Assembly (NCBI GenBank): GCA_964187785.1
Contig: OZ076409.1
Coordinates: 27,406,001 to 27,470,000, forward strand
Reading direction: 5' to 3'
Length of the DNA: 64,000 nt
DNA from: Amphiscolops sp. MND2022
Lineage: Eukaryota
In this document: positions 1 through 14,475 of the stretch, one piece after another
How the letters are laid out: every line of letters starts with the position of its first letter
Position numbering within the stretch: the stretch's first letter is position 1
The notes under the pieces: model-generated
Databases searched by the model: none
Seen by the model: the letters and a program-made list of their open reading frames with translations, nothing else
Told to the model about the DNA's origin: nothing
Program-made: the position numbers and the translations under genes

Positions 1-447
1 TCCTTGAGACATCCCGTGTATTCCTCATCGCCTCTGTGGATTTCCTTGGTCTGGCCGTGGACAATCGACACTGAGTCCCCCTTTTGCAGTTCCAGCCGCC
101 TTCAACATTTCTTTCCTTCTTCAAAGAAGATTCTGTTCTTCAGTGATTCCAGACAGTGAGACATCCTGTCCAAATTCCTTTGGCTATCCTTCCTTGCTGC
201 AACACGCTTCTTCCAATTTGAAAATCGACACAGGTCAGTAGTTCTCAGGGTTTTTCCTTACATTTTTATTTGATAAGGAACTAAATCGAGGCTTGATCAG
301 GGCTCTCTCTTCGTTCACGTACTTCCTGTCCTTAAACACAAGAATTCACTTGAGTTCAAAAAATCTACTTTCGGAAGAACTTTTAACGCGGTAATGGACT
401 CTTTCTCAGGTAGTTTTCCGCTTGAGATAATCGCTTTCTATTCAGAC

Positions 448-3400
448 ATGTCGTCCGAAGATCGTAATGAAGCCACTCCTGAGTTTACTGCTGAGACGCA
501 AGTAGAAGAAAGCGTGGCACAAACACTCATGGAACCAGAAGCTGGGCAAAGTAGTGAAACCCGTGTCGATGCAGCACCAACAGCATCCAATAAGCCAGAA
601 GGGACAGAGGGTGGTACAGTCAGGGTCAAACCGACCTCCAGTCCGTCCACCGATGAGAGTATCTCCGCTTACATTGAGCGCACCCTGCAGACACCTGACT
701 GTCAATGAACAGGACTTGACATCACTTTCCTTCCTCCTACTGATCCTGTTAGCAATGTAGAGACACAGGAACTAGAAACAGAGAAAGCCTCCGAATCTGA
801 CCCTATTCCACAAGTTGCCGCTGACCAGGGAGGAAAAGCATCAGTTGAAGGAGAGTCAGACCGACAGACCGACGTCAATAGTGAAGCCGGATTTTCCACC
901 ACAAAAGTGGAGTATTTCCAAACGGACACCAGCGAAGTGGAGGAACTTTTGGACAGCTCCGGGGCGGAGACTGCTAAAGATCCGCCAATTTGATCCCCCT
1001 CGATGATATGAGTACCGCTGAGACAGAAGTTTCCAAAGAGGCCGAACACACTCCCACAGGAGGGATTGCAGACTCGAAATTGCTCTTTCCAAGTCGGCCA
1101 TTATCTGCTTCTGCACGGACATTGATTAACCAGCATTTTGCTGAAACCAACCCCAGCATCTTACCAGTAGGCCATTCGACAGTGGCATTCAACCAGGGCC
1201 AGGTCCTTTCTACCCTGTGGGCCGTCTCCAGTGAGACTCTGATCTCATCAGTGCACCTGATGAAGAATATGCTAGAGGAAGCCATGAAGGTAGGGGTGCG
1301 CACTCAGAGCAGTTCGCAAGGAACTAGCCGCCCGATAATCAAATGCATTCGAAAGCAGTCCGAAGGGTCTGAAGCAAGCGGACTGGACAGTGACCCTGGC
1401 ACAGAAGGGTACATAAGCGGTGCTCTCAGCTCTGATGACGAGTTTGTCGTCAATTCGCAGAAGAGGACTCGGGAAATCATAATCACGAGGCCCGGCAGTC
1501 CATCCAGCCAAGCCACAACCACAGCTTCAATTCCGTCTACCAGTCATCAGGTCCCCAGTCCAGGATATTGCGCTACAGACTATGATCCCTTGTCAAATTT
1601 GGCTGTAGATCGATCGCCAAACACCAGTACTCCACGCAAACGCCGCCGCCTCGAGAGCCGATTTGGAAAAAATCATGGAGGAGGCCTATTTCAAGGGCAT
1701 AAAATGGACCCGAACCTTCGCGACTGGCCCACTAGACCCGGAACACAACAAGCATAAATTTTATTGCCAGATTTGTAAGACGGATGTCTCAATCTGTTCA
1801 AAAGGTGCCCGGGAGATTGTTCGACACTTCCAAAGCAGGTCTCACTTTCGCAAAGATCAGCGTTGGAGATTCGAATATCAGAAGAATAGAGACAGGGTCA
1901 CTGGCCGAGAAGTCCATGAGGTCCGAGGGAAGAACGGACAAGTGCTCACGCCTCTAGAACTTGAGAGGGAGAAGCCCATTTTCATGAAGTCAACCTTAGT
2001 TGAAACAGGATGCAGTTATCCTTTTTACGACGAGTACAAGGCTGGGCTTGGATCTGTGGCAAGTCAAGAGGAAACCAAACTATGTGTACAGATTTCCATG
2101 GTCGCCCTCTTCGCTCCTCGCTGTGGGGACTTGCATGTCCTCGAGTCCTTGTGGTCCCAAATTGGCACCGTGACCAATCACCAGGCCCTGTTCTCTCCAT
2201 ACGATTGGGGTTCCAGCACACTAACTGTAAGTATTATTGGTCACTTGTACTGAAGGTCTAAACTGCGCAATATAGCCAGGTGATTGTTCATTCATGTTGT
2301 TCATTTAAGGCAATCTTTCATCACATCTTCCTCTGTGGCATCGCAGACATTGCTTACCAAGTTAGCATCACTGGCCAGTACTCTTTGGAATTCGAGACGC
2401 AAGGGACTTACTGCTTCATTTCAATTCGTTTCTGGAAAGGCAATTCCCTCACTGTTGTCCGTCTGTTGCGTTACCGGACTGCTTCAGAACCAGCTGCAGG
2501 CTTCTTGTTGGCACTTTCTCGATTGCTATCCGTGTTGTCGACACGGCCCCAGATAGTGAGTGTGTCCGGATGCCCCGCCGAACTCATTCCTCTCCTTGAG
2601 CATTCTTGCTTCTTCCAGAAAGGGATTGAGTATCCTTTTCGCTTCGATGCCCTCTCCTTACCCACCAAGATGCACGAGCGATGGGGAAGCGTTTTTGGAG
2701 CGATCCGCTTCTCGCAGCTGAACTTTCTAATAACCTTCCAGGATGGTTGTAGTGGGCAACCCTGGGCCGCCCTGATGCCGGAATTCGTCAAGGTAAGGGT
2801 CTTGTATTTTCGACTGTAGGTCCAGATAGGGATCGGTCCTAATCCTCGTTTTGATTGTAGTCTACTTCTACTTGCCGCTTGGAAATAACTGCCGTCCCTG
2901 GCGTATGTTCTGAGCTGATAGGGAACTGGAAGTCCGTGCACCCGTACCTGGCCAAGATTGCCCCTCCTCAAGAAAACCAAGGGGTGAAAAGCAAGCCCCA
3001 GAGTCTCGAGTGGGAGATCATCGCCGATGACTTCTTCCTCATCAAACTGGAATTCATCGCACGGATCGTTCGTGATTGTTAGTATTAGTTCCCAGTTGCT
3101 TTACTTTTCAATCGTAAAGGTGGGGGTTTAGGTGCTCGTTGAACAGGGTTTTATCGATAATCATAACAGATAGTCGAATCAAGGCCAAGGGTGTCTTGTA
3201 GACATGACGGAATAATAGCACATTTTGTTTTACAGACACTACGAGCTTCAAAAGCCAATTCGCTCAGAGGAGAGAAAGTGGATTCTACACCTTTCGAGAG
3301 GTCCACCAATTCATCCGGAAGTTGGTCACGCGATCTTTGCTTCCCAAGTATGTACCCGAGATGCAGGACTGGAAGGCGTTAGATGGTTTGCAAGGACAAG

Positions 3401-4386
3401 ATTGGCGTCAGTTGTCAAATCGCAATTTCCTGAGCCGTTTGAAACTGAAAGAAGATTTGGACGCAGCGTGCCATGCCCGAGCCAAGCGGGTCCATAGTGA
3501 AAAGAAGTTGACGCCTTCTGAGTTGGACGCCGTCATTGAGGCCATTCGAGATGACTTTGCCACCAAGGCTCGTGGTTACTTAGTCTACCTGCGGGAAGTC
3601 TTCCTTTCAGACATCAGTCTCATTGCTGGTATCGTCAGAGGGTTGGGTAGCTTTGACCCAATTGCCTTGCTGAGGCTCCCCGTTGACCAAGAGACATATT
3701 GCTTCTCTGCCCTGTATCGGTCCTTCAGCCTGCAGGGTTGGTTTGAAAATTCGCCCGAGTCAGATGGTCGGGACGAGTACGTCGACTTCCTGGAATGTTT
3801 CCGCAAGGAGTACTCTGGAATGAAGGACACCCGGGAAGTCTTCACAGACATGGTGTCCTTCCTAATGGAGATGCCTGAGTTGATAATGCGCAAGCATCTT
3901 TTTTATATTTTCCAGCTCAGCTGCTTGTGCTTGACATCCAAATTGCCAGAATTGCCTGCCATCAAGTTCCCCGGAGTGGATTGCAGTGACCCACGGAGTC
4001 GACTGTTTGAAGTCATCATGCCTGCGCAGTCTTACCTCGCTAATGTGGCCGACTCTGTGGCCGCGTGTACAACCGAAGCTTCTCTGGGTACTTTCGAGGA
4101 TCTTGAAGCACGATTAAGCGGTGGTAATATTGCAGGAGATCCTTGGTCTCATGTCGACAGTTTTGGAAAGTCCAACTTCCACAAGGTGCTGATCTCCGTC
4201 CATAAGGCCTTGGTCAAGAGTATGCGACCGGACATTGAGTGTGCCTCTACTACGTCTTCCAAATAGATGGGGAAACAGCACAAACAGTCCCCTGACAAAC
4301 ATGAGAAAGTTAGCTTCAAGGCCGCTAGCAGTTCTGGAGGTGCAAAGCCCTCTGATGGGAACATTCCTGGCACTTCTAAGTCTTAA
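448..4386 (+). pseudogene. Antisense spliced cargo gene of element A, hAT-transposase-like (acidic N-terminus, BED/C2H2-like finger, transposase-like core)
   Basis: ATG at 448 after a TTCAG acceptor. Finger FYCQICKTDVSICSKGAREIVRHFQSRSH. GT-AG introns 2227-2309, 2793-2860 and 3078-3235 join the ORF fragments in frame. Frameshifts near 700, 1000 and 1665. TAG at 4264-4266 is probably premature because the frame stays open to TAA 4384-4386. Confidence 0.75.
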
Positions 4387-4435
4387 ATGTACATAGAGTA
4401 CATTTGTTATAGACTGTAAACTGATTTGTATTTAT

Positions 4436-6790
4436 TCCTTTTATTGCTGTTTCTTGTTATAAACCAATCTTGTTTGTATGTGGCTTTGTATAATTCTAAT
4501 TCGCCACTGGGTCTTCCCTGTTGTATATAGTTATATCAGACAAAAGTAAGTCAGAATAGTCCCAAGTAAAAATAAATGTCCTCTCGGACAGGCAATAAGG
4601 AGCAAAGGGATTAGTAATTCAATTTTCTGGCAAATATCTCTATTCTTCAGTAAAGTTGGGGTTAGAGTTAGGTCTGAGATTGTATTTTTTTCCTCTAGGA
4701 CTAGCATTTTCTTCAAAGTATTTTTTTCCGATATTCCGGGCACGGTAATATCTGCGCCACTGTTTGAAACATTTTCTGCATCTTGTAAATCATTAGTGAC
4801 GTCAATTTCATTTTGAGTCCCATTAGTTGTTTCATCCAATGGTGACGACACGTCTCGGTTATTACGCGGTTGCGTTCGCATTTCATTCTCGTTGACGTCA
4901 TCTTCGTTTGTTCAATCGTTGCAGCTTTCATTCTCACTTGCGCTGCTGCGTTCATTCTCGATGACGAAATGGTCCACACTGCTGTCCTCAGCGTCGGTCG
5001 GCCGGCATGTGGCCACATCGGTCCAATCTACTTGTTTTTCGGTTCGAAAAATTCGTATTTAAATTCTACTTCCCATGAGATAGTATACAAGTCGTCTTGT
5101 GGTATTACTATCTCATTGTCGGGTTGTACTTTTTCGCCATCATATTTGTCCTCTAAGGGTGCATTTGGGACAAATTTCTTTAGTCTATTACGATAGAGTA
5201 CTTGCGTTTTATTGGTATTCAATCGACGCACAATGTAATTGTCATTGGACAATACAGTCTGAACGACAAAGGGGCCAATCCACCTGTATTCCTTGAATGG
5301 GATTTTTGATGCTTGACTATCCGCCTTAGCTTGTAGATCAAAACAATAATCCTTCTCTTTAAGCGGAACCGCTTTGGCCTTTTGGTCGTAATAGTCCTTG
5401 TACTTTAAATCGGACTGCATTTTATTCTTTTTAGTTTGGTCAATGAGGATTTGTGTCCTCTGTTGTACTTCTTCCGCAAATTCCGTATTTGGCAGGAAAT
5501 TTTTATTAGGGTTGTTCCCAATTGGTGATCTAGGACGTTGAAAGGAATTTGGTCATGAAAGACTTTACTCGGCTCACATTCAATACTGGAGTGATATGTA
5601 GTATTGTAGTATATGTCCTTTTATTGCTGTTTCTTGTTATAAACCAATCTTGTTTGTATGTGGCTTTGTATAATTCTAATTCGCCACTGGGTCTTCCCTG
5701 TTGTATATAGTTATATCAGACAAAAGTAAGTCAGAATAGTCCCAAGTAAAAATAAATGTCCTCTCGGACAGGCAATAAGGAGCAAAGGGATTAGTAATTC
5801 AATTTTCTGGCAAATATCTCTATTCTTCAGTAAAGTTGGGGTTAGAGTTAGGTCTGAGATTGTATTTTTTTCCTCTAGGACTAGCATTTTCTTCAAAGTA
5901 TTTTTTTCCGATATTCCGGGCACGGTAATATCTGCGCCTCTGTTTGAAACATTTTCTGCATCTTGTAAATCATTAGTGACGTCAATTTCATTTTGAGTCC
6001 CATTAGTTGTTTCATCCAATGGTGACGACACGTCTCGGTTATTACGCGATTGCGTTCGCATTTCATTCTCGTTGACGTCATCTTCGTTTGTTCAATCGTT
6101 GCAGCTTTCATTCTCACTTGCGCTGCTGCGTTCATTCTCGATGACGAAATGGTCCACACTGCTGTCCTCAGCGTCGGTCGGCCGGCATGTGGCCACATCT
6201 GTCCAATCTACTTGTTTTTTGGTTCGAATAATTCGTATTCAAAATCTACTTCCCATGAGATAGTATACAAGTCGTCTTGTGGTATTACTAGCTCATTGTC
6301 GGGTTGTACTTTTTCGCCATCATATTTGTCCTCTAGGGGTGCATTTGGGACGATTTTCTTTAGTCTATTACGATAGAGTATTTGCGTTTTATTGGTTTTC
6401 AATCGACGCACAATGTAATTGTCATTGGACAATACAGTCTGAACGACAAAGGGGCCAATCCACCTGTATTCCTTGAATGGGATTTTTGATGCTTGACTAT
6501 CCGCCTTAGGTTGTAGATCAAAACAATAATCCTTCTCTTTAAGCGGAACCGCTTTGGCCTTTTGGTCGTAATAGTCCTTGTACTTTAAATCGGACTGCAT
6601 TTTATTCTTTTTAGTTTGGTCAATGAGGATTTGTGTCCTCTGTTGTACTTCTTCCGCAAATTCCGTAGTTGGCAGGAAATTTTTATTAGGGTTGTTCCCA
6701 ATTGGTGATCTAGGACGTTGAAAGGAATTTGGTCATGAAAGACTTTACTCGGCTCACAATCAATACTGGAGTGATATGTAGTATTGTAGT
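4436..6790. repeat. Tandem duplication of 1175 bp (4436-5610 and 5616-6790) covering the integrase C-terminus
   Basis: Direct repeat at offset 1180, about 16 substitutions by eye, ATATG filler at 5611-5615. The ORF track shows paired near-identical ORFs. Confidence 0.97.
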
Positions 6791-9700
6791 TGAGCACGGC
6801 TAATGGCAGGTATTTGTGCCATTGTCGTCGATATTCCCCTGAGGCCATTTTCAAGTTGGTCTTGAGGGAGGCGTGCGTCCTTTCAAGCTTGCCAATTGTT
6901 TGCGGGTGCTTTGTAGTGGCGCATTTGAGTGTTATGCCCAAAATTTGAGTTATTTCGGCTATGATGGTTGATGTAAATGCGGACCCTTTGTCCGTAATGA
7001 GAGTTGTCGGTAAATATGAATGTTTCGTCATGATGTCTATTATTACCTTGGCTACATTTGTGGCTGTCGCTTCAATTAGCGGGTAAGCAAATAAGTATCT
7101 TTAAAAAACATCAATGGCTGTCATTACAATCTGATATCCGCCGCTGGCTGGTAGATTTGGTAACAAATCCCTTTGCATGGCATCTTCAGGACCAAGGTCC
7201 CATTCGGGCAAATTTAGTAATTCTGGTGTAATGGTGTTATTAGGGACCCGTTTGTCTCTGGCACACGTTTCACAGCCTTTGACCCACTTCTTGACGTGTT
7301 TTGCTATCCCATGGTAGTAGTATTTTTGGCGGATTTCCTGTAGCATTTTAGAAATGCCCGGATGTCGATGTGCCGTGCCATGAATTGCTTGAAATAATTC
7401 CTTCGAGAGGTGTTTGGGTAATAAAATCTGATGGTATTTGATTTGGCCTGTTTCAGCATAGTATTTTCTTGTCGCAATTTTGTTGTTTGAGGACTATTTG
7501 GTCTAGGTTATTCAAATAATGTCTATACCGGATGTCCTGTTGTAAGATTTCGTCGGAATATTCTTCGTTCCAAATTTTTGCTTTTAATTGAAGCAAGATC
7601 TGGTCTTTGGATTGTTCTAGCAGTATTTGATTTGTTCTGCGAAGTTTCTGGGTGAAATTAGTGATTTCTTCTACAACGTTTTCAGATATGGCATCAATTT
7701 GGATGACGGTCTCCGCGACCTTGATTCCTGTTTTTGATTGCCTTTTTCTTTCCCAAATTTGTTCTTCTGTTTCATTGTCTTCTTCGGTAAAGAACACTTG
7801 CTCCTCGTCGGACACGCCAGCTGATTGGACATTGACTTCAATAGGTTGTGTTTCAACGTCTGCGCGTTTTTTCAGGACCAGCTTTTCAGTGGGATCCATT
7901 TCCCTACGGGACAGGTAGTCCGCCGTTGTGTTATTTTGGCCTGGAATATGAGCTATAGTGAAATTGAACTGAATGACAAAATCACATGGATTTCACAAAG
8001 GTGGCGGTATTATCTTGGTCTGGAAGAACCTTGTGACCGATTTGTTAACCGTAAGGATAATCACTGGTTTGGGTGTCCCTCAGAATATATGTCCGAATTC
8101 CTTGAAGGCGTTGTATATGGCGAGAATTTCTTTCGCATATATTGACATTTTGAGCTGGGATGGAATAAAAGTTTTCGAGCCGTAAGCAATAGGCGCATAG
8201 AATTTCTTGACTGAAGTGTATTTCTGATTTGGATCATCTTCAGTAAGTATAGCATATCCTGCTGCTGTAAAGCTGGCATCTGTCATTAGGACTAGCTGTC
8301 GATTCGGCAGTGGTTGCCGCAGGGCTAGCTGGCTGCATCAATCCAGGTTTCTATTGATTCCGTTGAATTGTTCAACCAACTCTGTTGTCACTAAGACCTT
8401 CTCGTCCTACTCAAGTAGTTGAAAGAAGGGAACCAGTTTTTCTGACAGTCTCGGTATGTAGATTTGGTAGTAATCCAGGAATCCAAGGTATCGTTGCAAG
8501 GCCTTTTTGGTTTTCGGGAATTCGATTTCTTCTAGGAAGTTTATAATCTTTCCTTTTGAGGCTTGACGCCCTCAGGGGTGATAGTTCTTCCTAGGAAGTC
8601 AATTTCGGTTGCGCCAAAGTGGCATTTGTGCATGGTCAACTTTAAACCAGCCTCTCTGATGCATTCAAAGGTTGCTCGGAGATTTTTGATCAAGTGTTCA
8701 GCATCGTTTGCCGCTATGCCAAAATCGTCGACATAGTGTGCGCACTGGTCAGCTTTGATAACGCGGTCCAAGTATTCCCTCAAAAAACTAGAGAAGGCCG
8801 ACAGGGCTCTACTGAGTCCTTGTGCCAATCTTCTGTAGGCGAATGTTCTGCTGGCAAAGTTGAAAGCCAGCATTTCAATGGACTTTCGGTCCGCCATCAG
8901 AAAGCAGTGATACGCCTGTGAACAGTCGAGTTTACAAAAGAGCTTCTTCCCGGCCATGTGTTGCGCGGCGCCCGTCAGGGTACTAACTGGGTGGTTATTT
9001 TTGATATATTCATCGGAGATCAGATTATTGATCTTCCTGAGGTCAACCAGCAACCGTGACTTCCCGTTGGGCTTCTTTTGCGCAAAAATAGGACTGGCGT
9101 ATTTTGAGAAAAGCATTCAACAAAAATGTCCTCTTTTAAATTGATCGGAGTTTGTAGGCTCTTGCTGTAGGCCGGTGAGTCGTCCTTTGGGGTCAATTTG
9201 ACCGTAAACTCCTCATTCATACCAATATCAAATCTATGTCCTGCAAATATGTCGTAGAACTCCACTAAGAGGGCTTCTATGTGCTTGATTTCGTGTGGTT
9301 GTAACATGGAATCCTTCCAGTCGAAGTTGCTAAGAAACTTTCGCCGAGATTCTTCCTTTTTTGTGGATTGAGGCTTCATGCTTCTCGTAAGTTTCGTAAT
9401 TCTCTGAGAATTCTTTTTTGTATTGGCGTGTGGGACGCTTCGTCCCCCGGATTCTCAGGTGTTGGAAACCAATTTTGTTCGTATTGTTCGTTGTTCCTGT
9501 TGGCTTTAAGAAGGCTGCTAATATAGTGAACAGCGTCTTCTTCGTTTTCATTGAGTAGATGCCAAGTGGACACTGGGTCTATTGGCCTGACGTGTTTCAT
9601 CTGCTCAGGCGTCATTACTGAAAAGTTTGCTATGTGCATTCCCTTTTTAAGTTTGTAGGGCTGGTCAGTGAAATTATTGACGTGTATCCTCGTAGACCCT

Positions 9701-10849
9701 TCATTTAGCGTGATTATAGCAGCGCAAAAGGTTATATCACTTTCTTCAATTAGGAGTTCACTGGGCTGTAGTATCCCAGTGACAGCATTTTCTGCGTAAA
9801 TTTGGGCTAAATAGGAATAATTGTGCGGTCATTTGGCGGGATCATTACATCCTCACGGTTGAGAATGGGTTCCATGACATTCGAGTATTTGTGGTCAGTC
9901 GTTTTCAATTGCGTCGAGAAAAAGGGAAATTTTAGTATGCCTTGGCGCATATCTAGGACTGTGTGGTTACGTTGTAAAAACATCAGTCCAATTATAGGGC
10001 TGGATATTTTCTCCATTACAATTAGGACTTCATGGAACTCAATGTCCCCCACTTCAAATTTCAGTTCCACGGTACTCTTTGGTTTCTCTAGGTCTCCATT
10101 TGCGATCATTATTTGGAAAGATGGGGCAAGTCCCTCTTTGACTATGGATTGAGGCGCTAGTAGCCGTATTTTCCTGAAGTCTGCCTCTGGTATTGCACTG
10201 GAGTGGGCCCCAGTGTCTATGAGTCCATCTATCGTTAGTTCTTCGAAGTCCATTGGAAAGTATAACATCCGTCTTTTGATTTTGATTCCAAGGTTTGTGG
10301 AAAGGGGAACGTATGACGGTTCGCCCTGTTGTTCCACTAGAAGATGTAGGAAGGCTGTTTCGCCTAGAAGGCTGTTGAGGACTTGATAGTCTTCCTGGTA
10401 TCGAGGTTCCTCTATTTCTTCTATGAGTGCTTCAGAATTCGGCTGCCAAAGTTCAATGAGGGCCCTAGTGAGTTTGGTGTCCTCTATCTGGGGATCGTCC
10501 TCGTCATCCGTTAGTGGATAGTCATCACGTCTGAATTGCAGGTTTTGTCTATCATATAGTTCATCGTCCCAATGCCGTTTTCTGGGTCAGTATATTGAGG
10601 GTGATAGTCTTCGACCAATGGTAAGAGACGGAACTGAGTTTCGAAGTCTTTAGTATAGTCAATTTCGTAGAATAGGTCTGGGCAATCGTTGTGTACTTGT
10701 TTATACGTTTTGATATAGGCCTTTTCCATCTGTTGCTGCCAGACGACGGATAGGGTGCCATTGGTGTCCTTTTTATATTGTCGAAAGGGGATAATTTGAG
10801 GATCCGACATATAGTCATGTCTTTGGAGTCGTGGCACAATTAGTTTTTT
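5820..10849 (-). pseudogene. pol: pol of element A (PR, RT, RNase H, IN), disrupted
   Basis: LIDTGA protease; RT LDCSQAY and YVDD; RNase H TDAS; integrase HHCC, ITDKGSAF, GKLER and WIGPF; split by frameshifts and stops. Confidence 0.93.
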
Positions 10850-12535
10850 GGATCAGTCTTTTTGGTATTGGATTGGCTTGAATTAGTAGCCACCGAGTCA
10901 CTGGTTGTTTTAGGATTTCCCTCAGAAGTTGAGGCATTTGCGTTTTTTTGTTCTGTCTGTGGCCTCTTGGGAAGCAGGTGAGCGCCAGCGCCTTGCCAAC
11001 ATCTTTCAGTTGAATGATTCTTTTTCCCGCATGTGTCGCATGGTGGGTAAGTTGGACGCTGCGGTTTCTTGCCATCTTTCTCATCCATCTCTTTCTTCTT
11101 TTTGAGTTTAAGACAGCTTTTGTAGTGATGTCCCGTCGCCTTACAATAGGAGCACTGGGCGTCTCTGTTGATATTGATGCCGTTAGACAGCAAATTGCTC
11201 TGATTCGTGGACGCCGAGGCCATGGTGGCCATTGGCAAGTCACTGACTCTTCTAATGCTTTGAGTTCTAGTCCTCTCTCGAGATGAGCAACTATTTCTTC
11301 GTACGTTCCGTTTTCCAATCGGGCCATGTTGACAGATCGATTTAGTTTTGGTGGCAGTTTCGCGTATAGCAAGCAGTCAATCATGCTTTTTGCATTATCA
11401 CCAAAGGCTTTTTCGGCCCCTTGGTTCAATTTTTCCAAGAAGTCCGGCAATTTCATGGTACTTGGGTCGAATGTCAGTCGATGCCATTCGTGTTTTGCCG
11501 TTGCTTGGGATTCCGGTTTCAAGTACTTTCTCCGGAATATGACCAGTACGTCATATAGAGTCTGACGATTGATGGAATTTATGTTCCTGAACGTCTGTAA
11601 TGCCCCTTTTCGTAGCAATGAATGGAAATGATTGGTTTTCATCTGCTCTGTCATTGCGGGTTGCATTTTGATCATCGTGTGGAACAAGTCCTCGAAAAAC
11701 TCAAACTTTTCGCTTTTCCCATCGAATGTCATTGGCGTTGTTTGGACTGGTCTAATGGTCTAATGGTCATGGATTGAGGTTTGTTTTGTAAATTGACCAA
11801 TACATCAGCTAATCTGTTGAGCGGGTCCTGTGAAAGCTCATGGACCTCGGGGTCTGGGGCTGGCAGAGTCGCGTCCAGAGAGACATTGTGTTTAGATTGT
11901 TGCCTCTCCAGGTTTGGGATTGAGTGGATTCGTCCAGTCAGAAATTCAGGAATTTGCTGTTGGGTGTCAATGGCTCCTGTCACCATGTAAGGACTACAAC
12001 CTTTAGTGTCCCTCAACTCTCCTACGGACCTTGAGTCCTTTTTAGCGATCTTCGTTTTTTGCCCAGATGCGTTTTCCCTGTTTTCCTTACTATTAGGGGA
12101 CATACTGTCCTCAGTGTCCCTGTGACCTGCAGACGACCCTGAATATGCTATATTTTGAATCTCCGGGATGACTCTTTCAGCTATAGCTATGGTAATAGCG
12201 CTGTTTATCTGACTATGCCTCATGGACATCATTGAGTCCATTTCTTGGGACAGCCTAAGATTGAATTCATTTGAAAGAGCCTCAAACGACTGTCTAACAT
12301 CGTTTTGCCTCTTAGAGTCATTTTCATTTGAGAAATAACCGTACTCCTTTCTATGGTACGTATTTGTATTTGCGTCCCCGTGGACCGATGATTGCTCTAT
12401 AGCGTCAGCTAATTCTCTTTCAATGGGATTGTTATTATCATTTCCCAACATTACGTCTAAGTTATCGTAGTCAGACATCATGTCCATTTCTCTAGATTTC
12501 ATGGCTTTTGCCTTTTGTTTTCTTGTTGGAGGCAT
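10840..12535 (-). pseudogene. gag: gag of element A, frameshifted, starting inside the 5' LTR
   Basis: ORFs 11729-12535, 10815-11732 and 10840-11238. Knuckles CSYCKATGHHYKSC and CDTCGKKNHSTERC. Ends at AAAAAAC TAA. Confidence 0.9.
11974..11985 (-). promoter_or_regulatory. Primer-binding site of element A (TGGTGACAGGAG)
   Basis: Directly follows the LTR-terminal CA. The same 12-mer follows the 5' LTR of element B. Confidence 0.85.
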
Positions 12536-13494
12536 AAGAGATTGTTACAAGATAAAGATGTAAATTATCTTTGGCTTGGAAATTTAGTGTGATATTACTA
12601 AGCGATAAGTAACTTCAACATGTAGTATCATTCAACAATTTTGTCCCCGGGACTAAATGTCCCGGCTATATATATTAGAAACTACATGACATTCAAAATA
12701 TGAGTTGTCATATTCTAAAAATAGCCTTAAGGGCTTTCTAAAAATAGCAACAGTTCTAAAAATAGCAACGGGTAACTAGTGACATCATCATGATGTGTGT
12801 GACTTCAAAGAGTTTTCCCGACAGACAACGTGTTGGCGGGAAGCCCGTGTGTATACTAGACATATTAACAGCATACATATACTAAAGCAGAATACATGCG
12901 TTTCAACATTTTACATGAGGTTTATCAATAGCACGCTACATTTCGTTAATATGCGGTCTTTTGACACTAAGTGTCCATTTTATGAGAATATAAAGGCCTT
13001 TCCAAGTTCCAAGTAAGTGTACTTGTCATTTAGCACCTTTAATTCAAAACTGGACTCAGCGTCCAATCGACATGGTAGTCCTAATTTTATTTGTTGACAG
13101 GCGGCATATGGCCGTCTAGTCCATTGATCAAAGCGCCGCATAAAGTATTAAATAAGAGCACTGGTTAATTAACTACTGCACTCTGATTGGTTGAAGCTCA
13201 TTCGGACTTGCTGTCGAAGGCGACAGGCGAGGAATCATTTAAACACGTTTCCTCTACCTGTACGCCTTGGTGTCCAATTTACTAGCAACGTACAATTAGC
13301 GCCGGTATTACATAACACTAAATCATAACTTTAAATGATATTTTACATTCAAAATAAATGAATTACATGACTTCTAAAGTATGAATGCAGTTTAGTTTAG
13401 GAGTTTCAATTTAAAGGGATTGTGCTGGGTAGGGCTTTTCGATAGTCATGGCAAATAGAATACATGTTGCCATCACAGGCGGACGCCTGGGACA
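11986..13494 (-). repeat. 5' LTR of element A (about 1509 bp)
   Basis: Minus strand TGTCCCAGGC...CCTTACA. The inner end is set by the PBS and the outer end by similarity to the TSD-bounded solo-LTR end at 55209. TATA-like run near 12667-12675. The partner LTR is not in the window. Confidence 0.75.
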
Positions 13495-14185
13495 GTGGGT
13501 AAGGGGTTCCACAGTTGAAAAGTTTGTTGTACAGGTTTGTTTTTCAAAAAATTGTAGTTATTCTTTTTGGAAGTCTTCAGTCGATCATTAAGTTGATGTT
13601 GTTGCTGAGATAGTTCGGAGCGTCTCGCAATAATTAAAACGTTAACTGAAATATTTTCTTCCTGAAAACAGATTCTTACAAAAGAATAGTATTGTATTTC
13701 AGGTACGCAAAATTCTTCAAAATATCCACCTCAAAAAAATTTTCAAGAAGCACTTCAAGAATGGGGAAATAAAAAAGGACAATTACTCTAATATAAGCGG
13801 CACACACTATGAATTGAAATCAAAAAGGTAAATGCTTAGGAAAAATGACGTTATTCCACATTTTTTCCTCAAGTTTAACTTTCTCAGATGAAGTCCTTTT
13901 TGGCTGAACGCATGGAAAAAATGGGAAACAGAAACTACCTAGAGATGGCTTTTCGACCCATACAGTATCGATGGCAAAGCAAACTCAGAATATACTGCAA
14001 TTTGAAAACTTTGTCGCAGTTTTGTTTTATGATGCTATATACTTCTTACATATCATGTTACATGATTGTTTTATATGATATTATATGAATGTTAAAGTTC
14101 TGATTTCCTCTCAGACTTGTGGTGAGAACAGAAGTGCACTCTCTGAATCAGTTTCGATCTTTTGACAACTTCTGACCGTGATCAA

Positions 14186-14475
14186 TCATGCTGAGTTGGG
14201 AACAATGAGAGGAATTTTGTTGTTGTAAGACCCCGTTTCGAGTCTAGCAAAGTGGTAGAAGTTTTGGCCCTGACACTGCGCATTTTTGTACATGTTTCTG
14301 TAGTAGTACTGTCTTCCAGCTGCTGAAGACTGTGTCGTAGTTTCCGCCGTTTCTTGTTCAAAGTTGACCAAGTACTTGTTCCAGTCGACTGGAATGTAGA
14401 ACTTGCTGCTCTGGATATTGAGCTTGCAACTCGCGTAGTAGCCAGCAAAGTCGCAAGGCTCTTGCAGAGCCATAT
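14186..14475 (-). CDS. Probable host coding exon (Cys/Tyr-rich, unknown product)
   Basis: GC-richer 95-aa ORF in AT-rich DNA, preceded by a TTTCATTATAG acceptor (phase 1). No transposon motif. Confidence 0.45.

Larger units (their letters stand above)
1..13494 (-). mobile_element. Ty3/Gypsy LTR retrotransposon A (5' LTR, gag-pol, antisense cargo gene; 3' LTR outside the window)
   Basis: Order gag (two CCHC knuckles), PR, RT, RNase H, IN on the minus strand. 5' LTR with TG..CA ends followed by a TGG-type PBS. Many frameshifts and stops. Confidence 0.92.
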
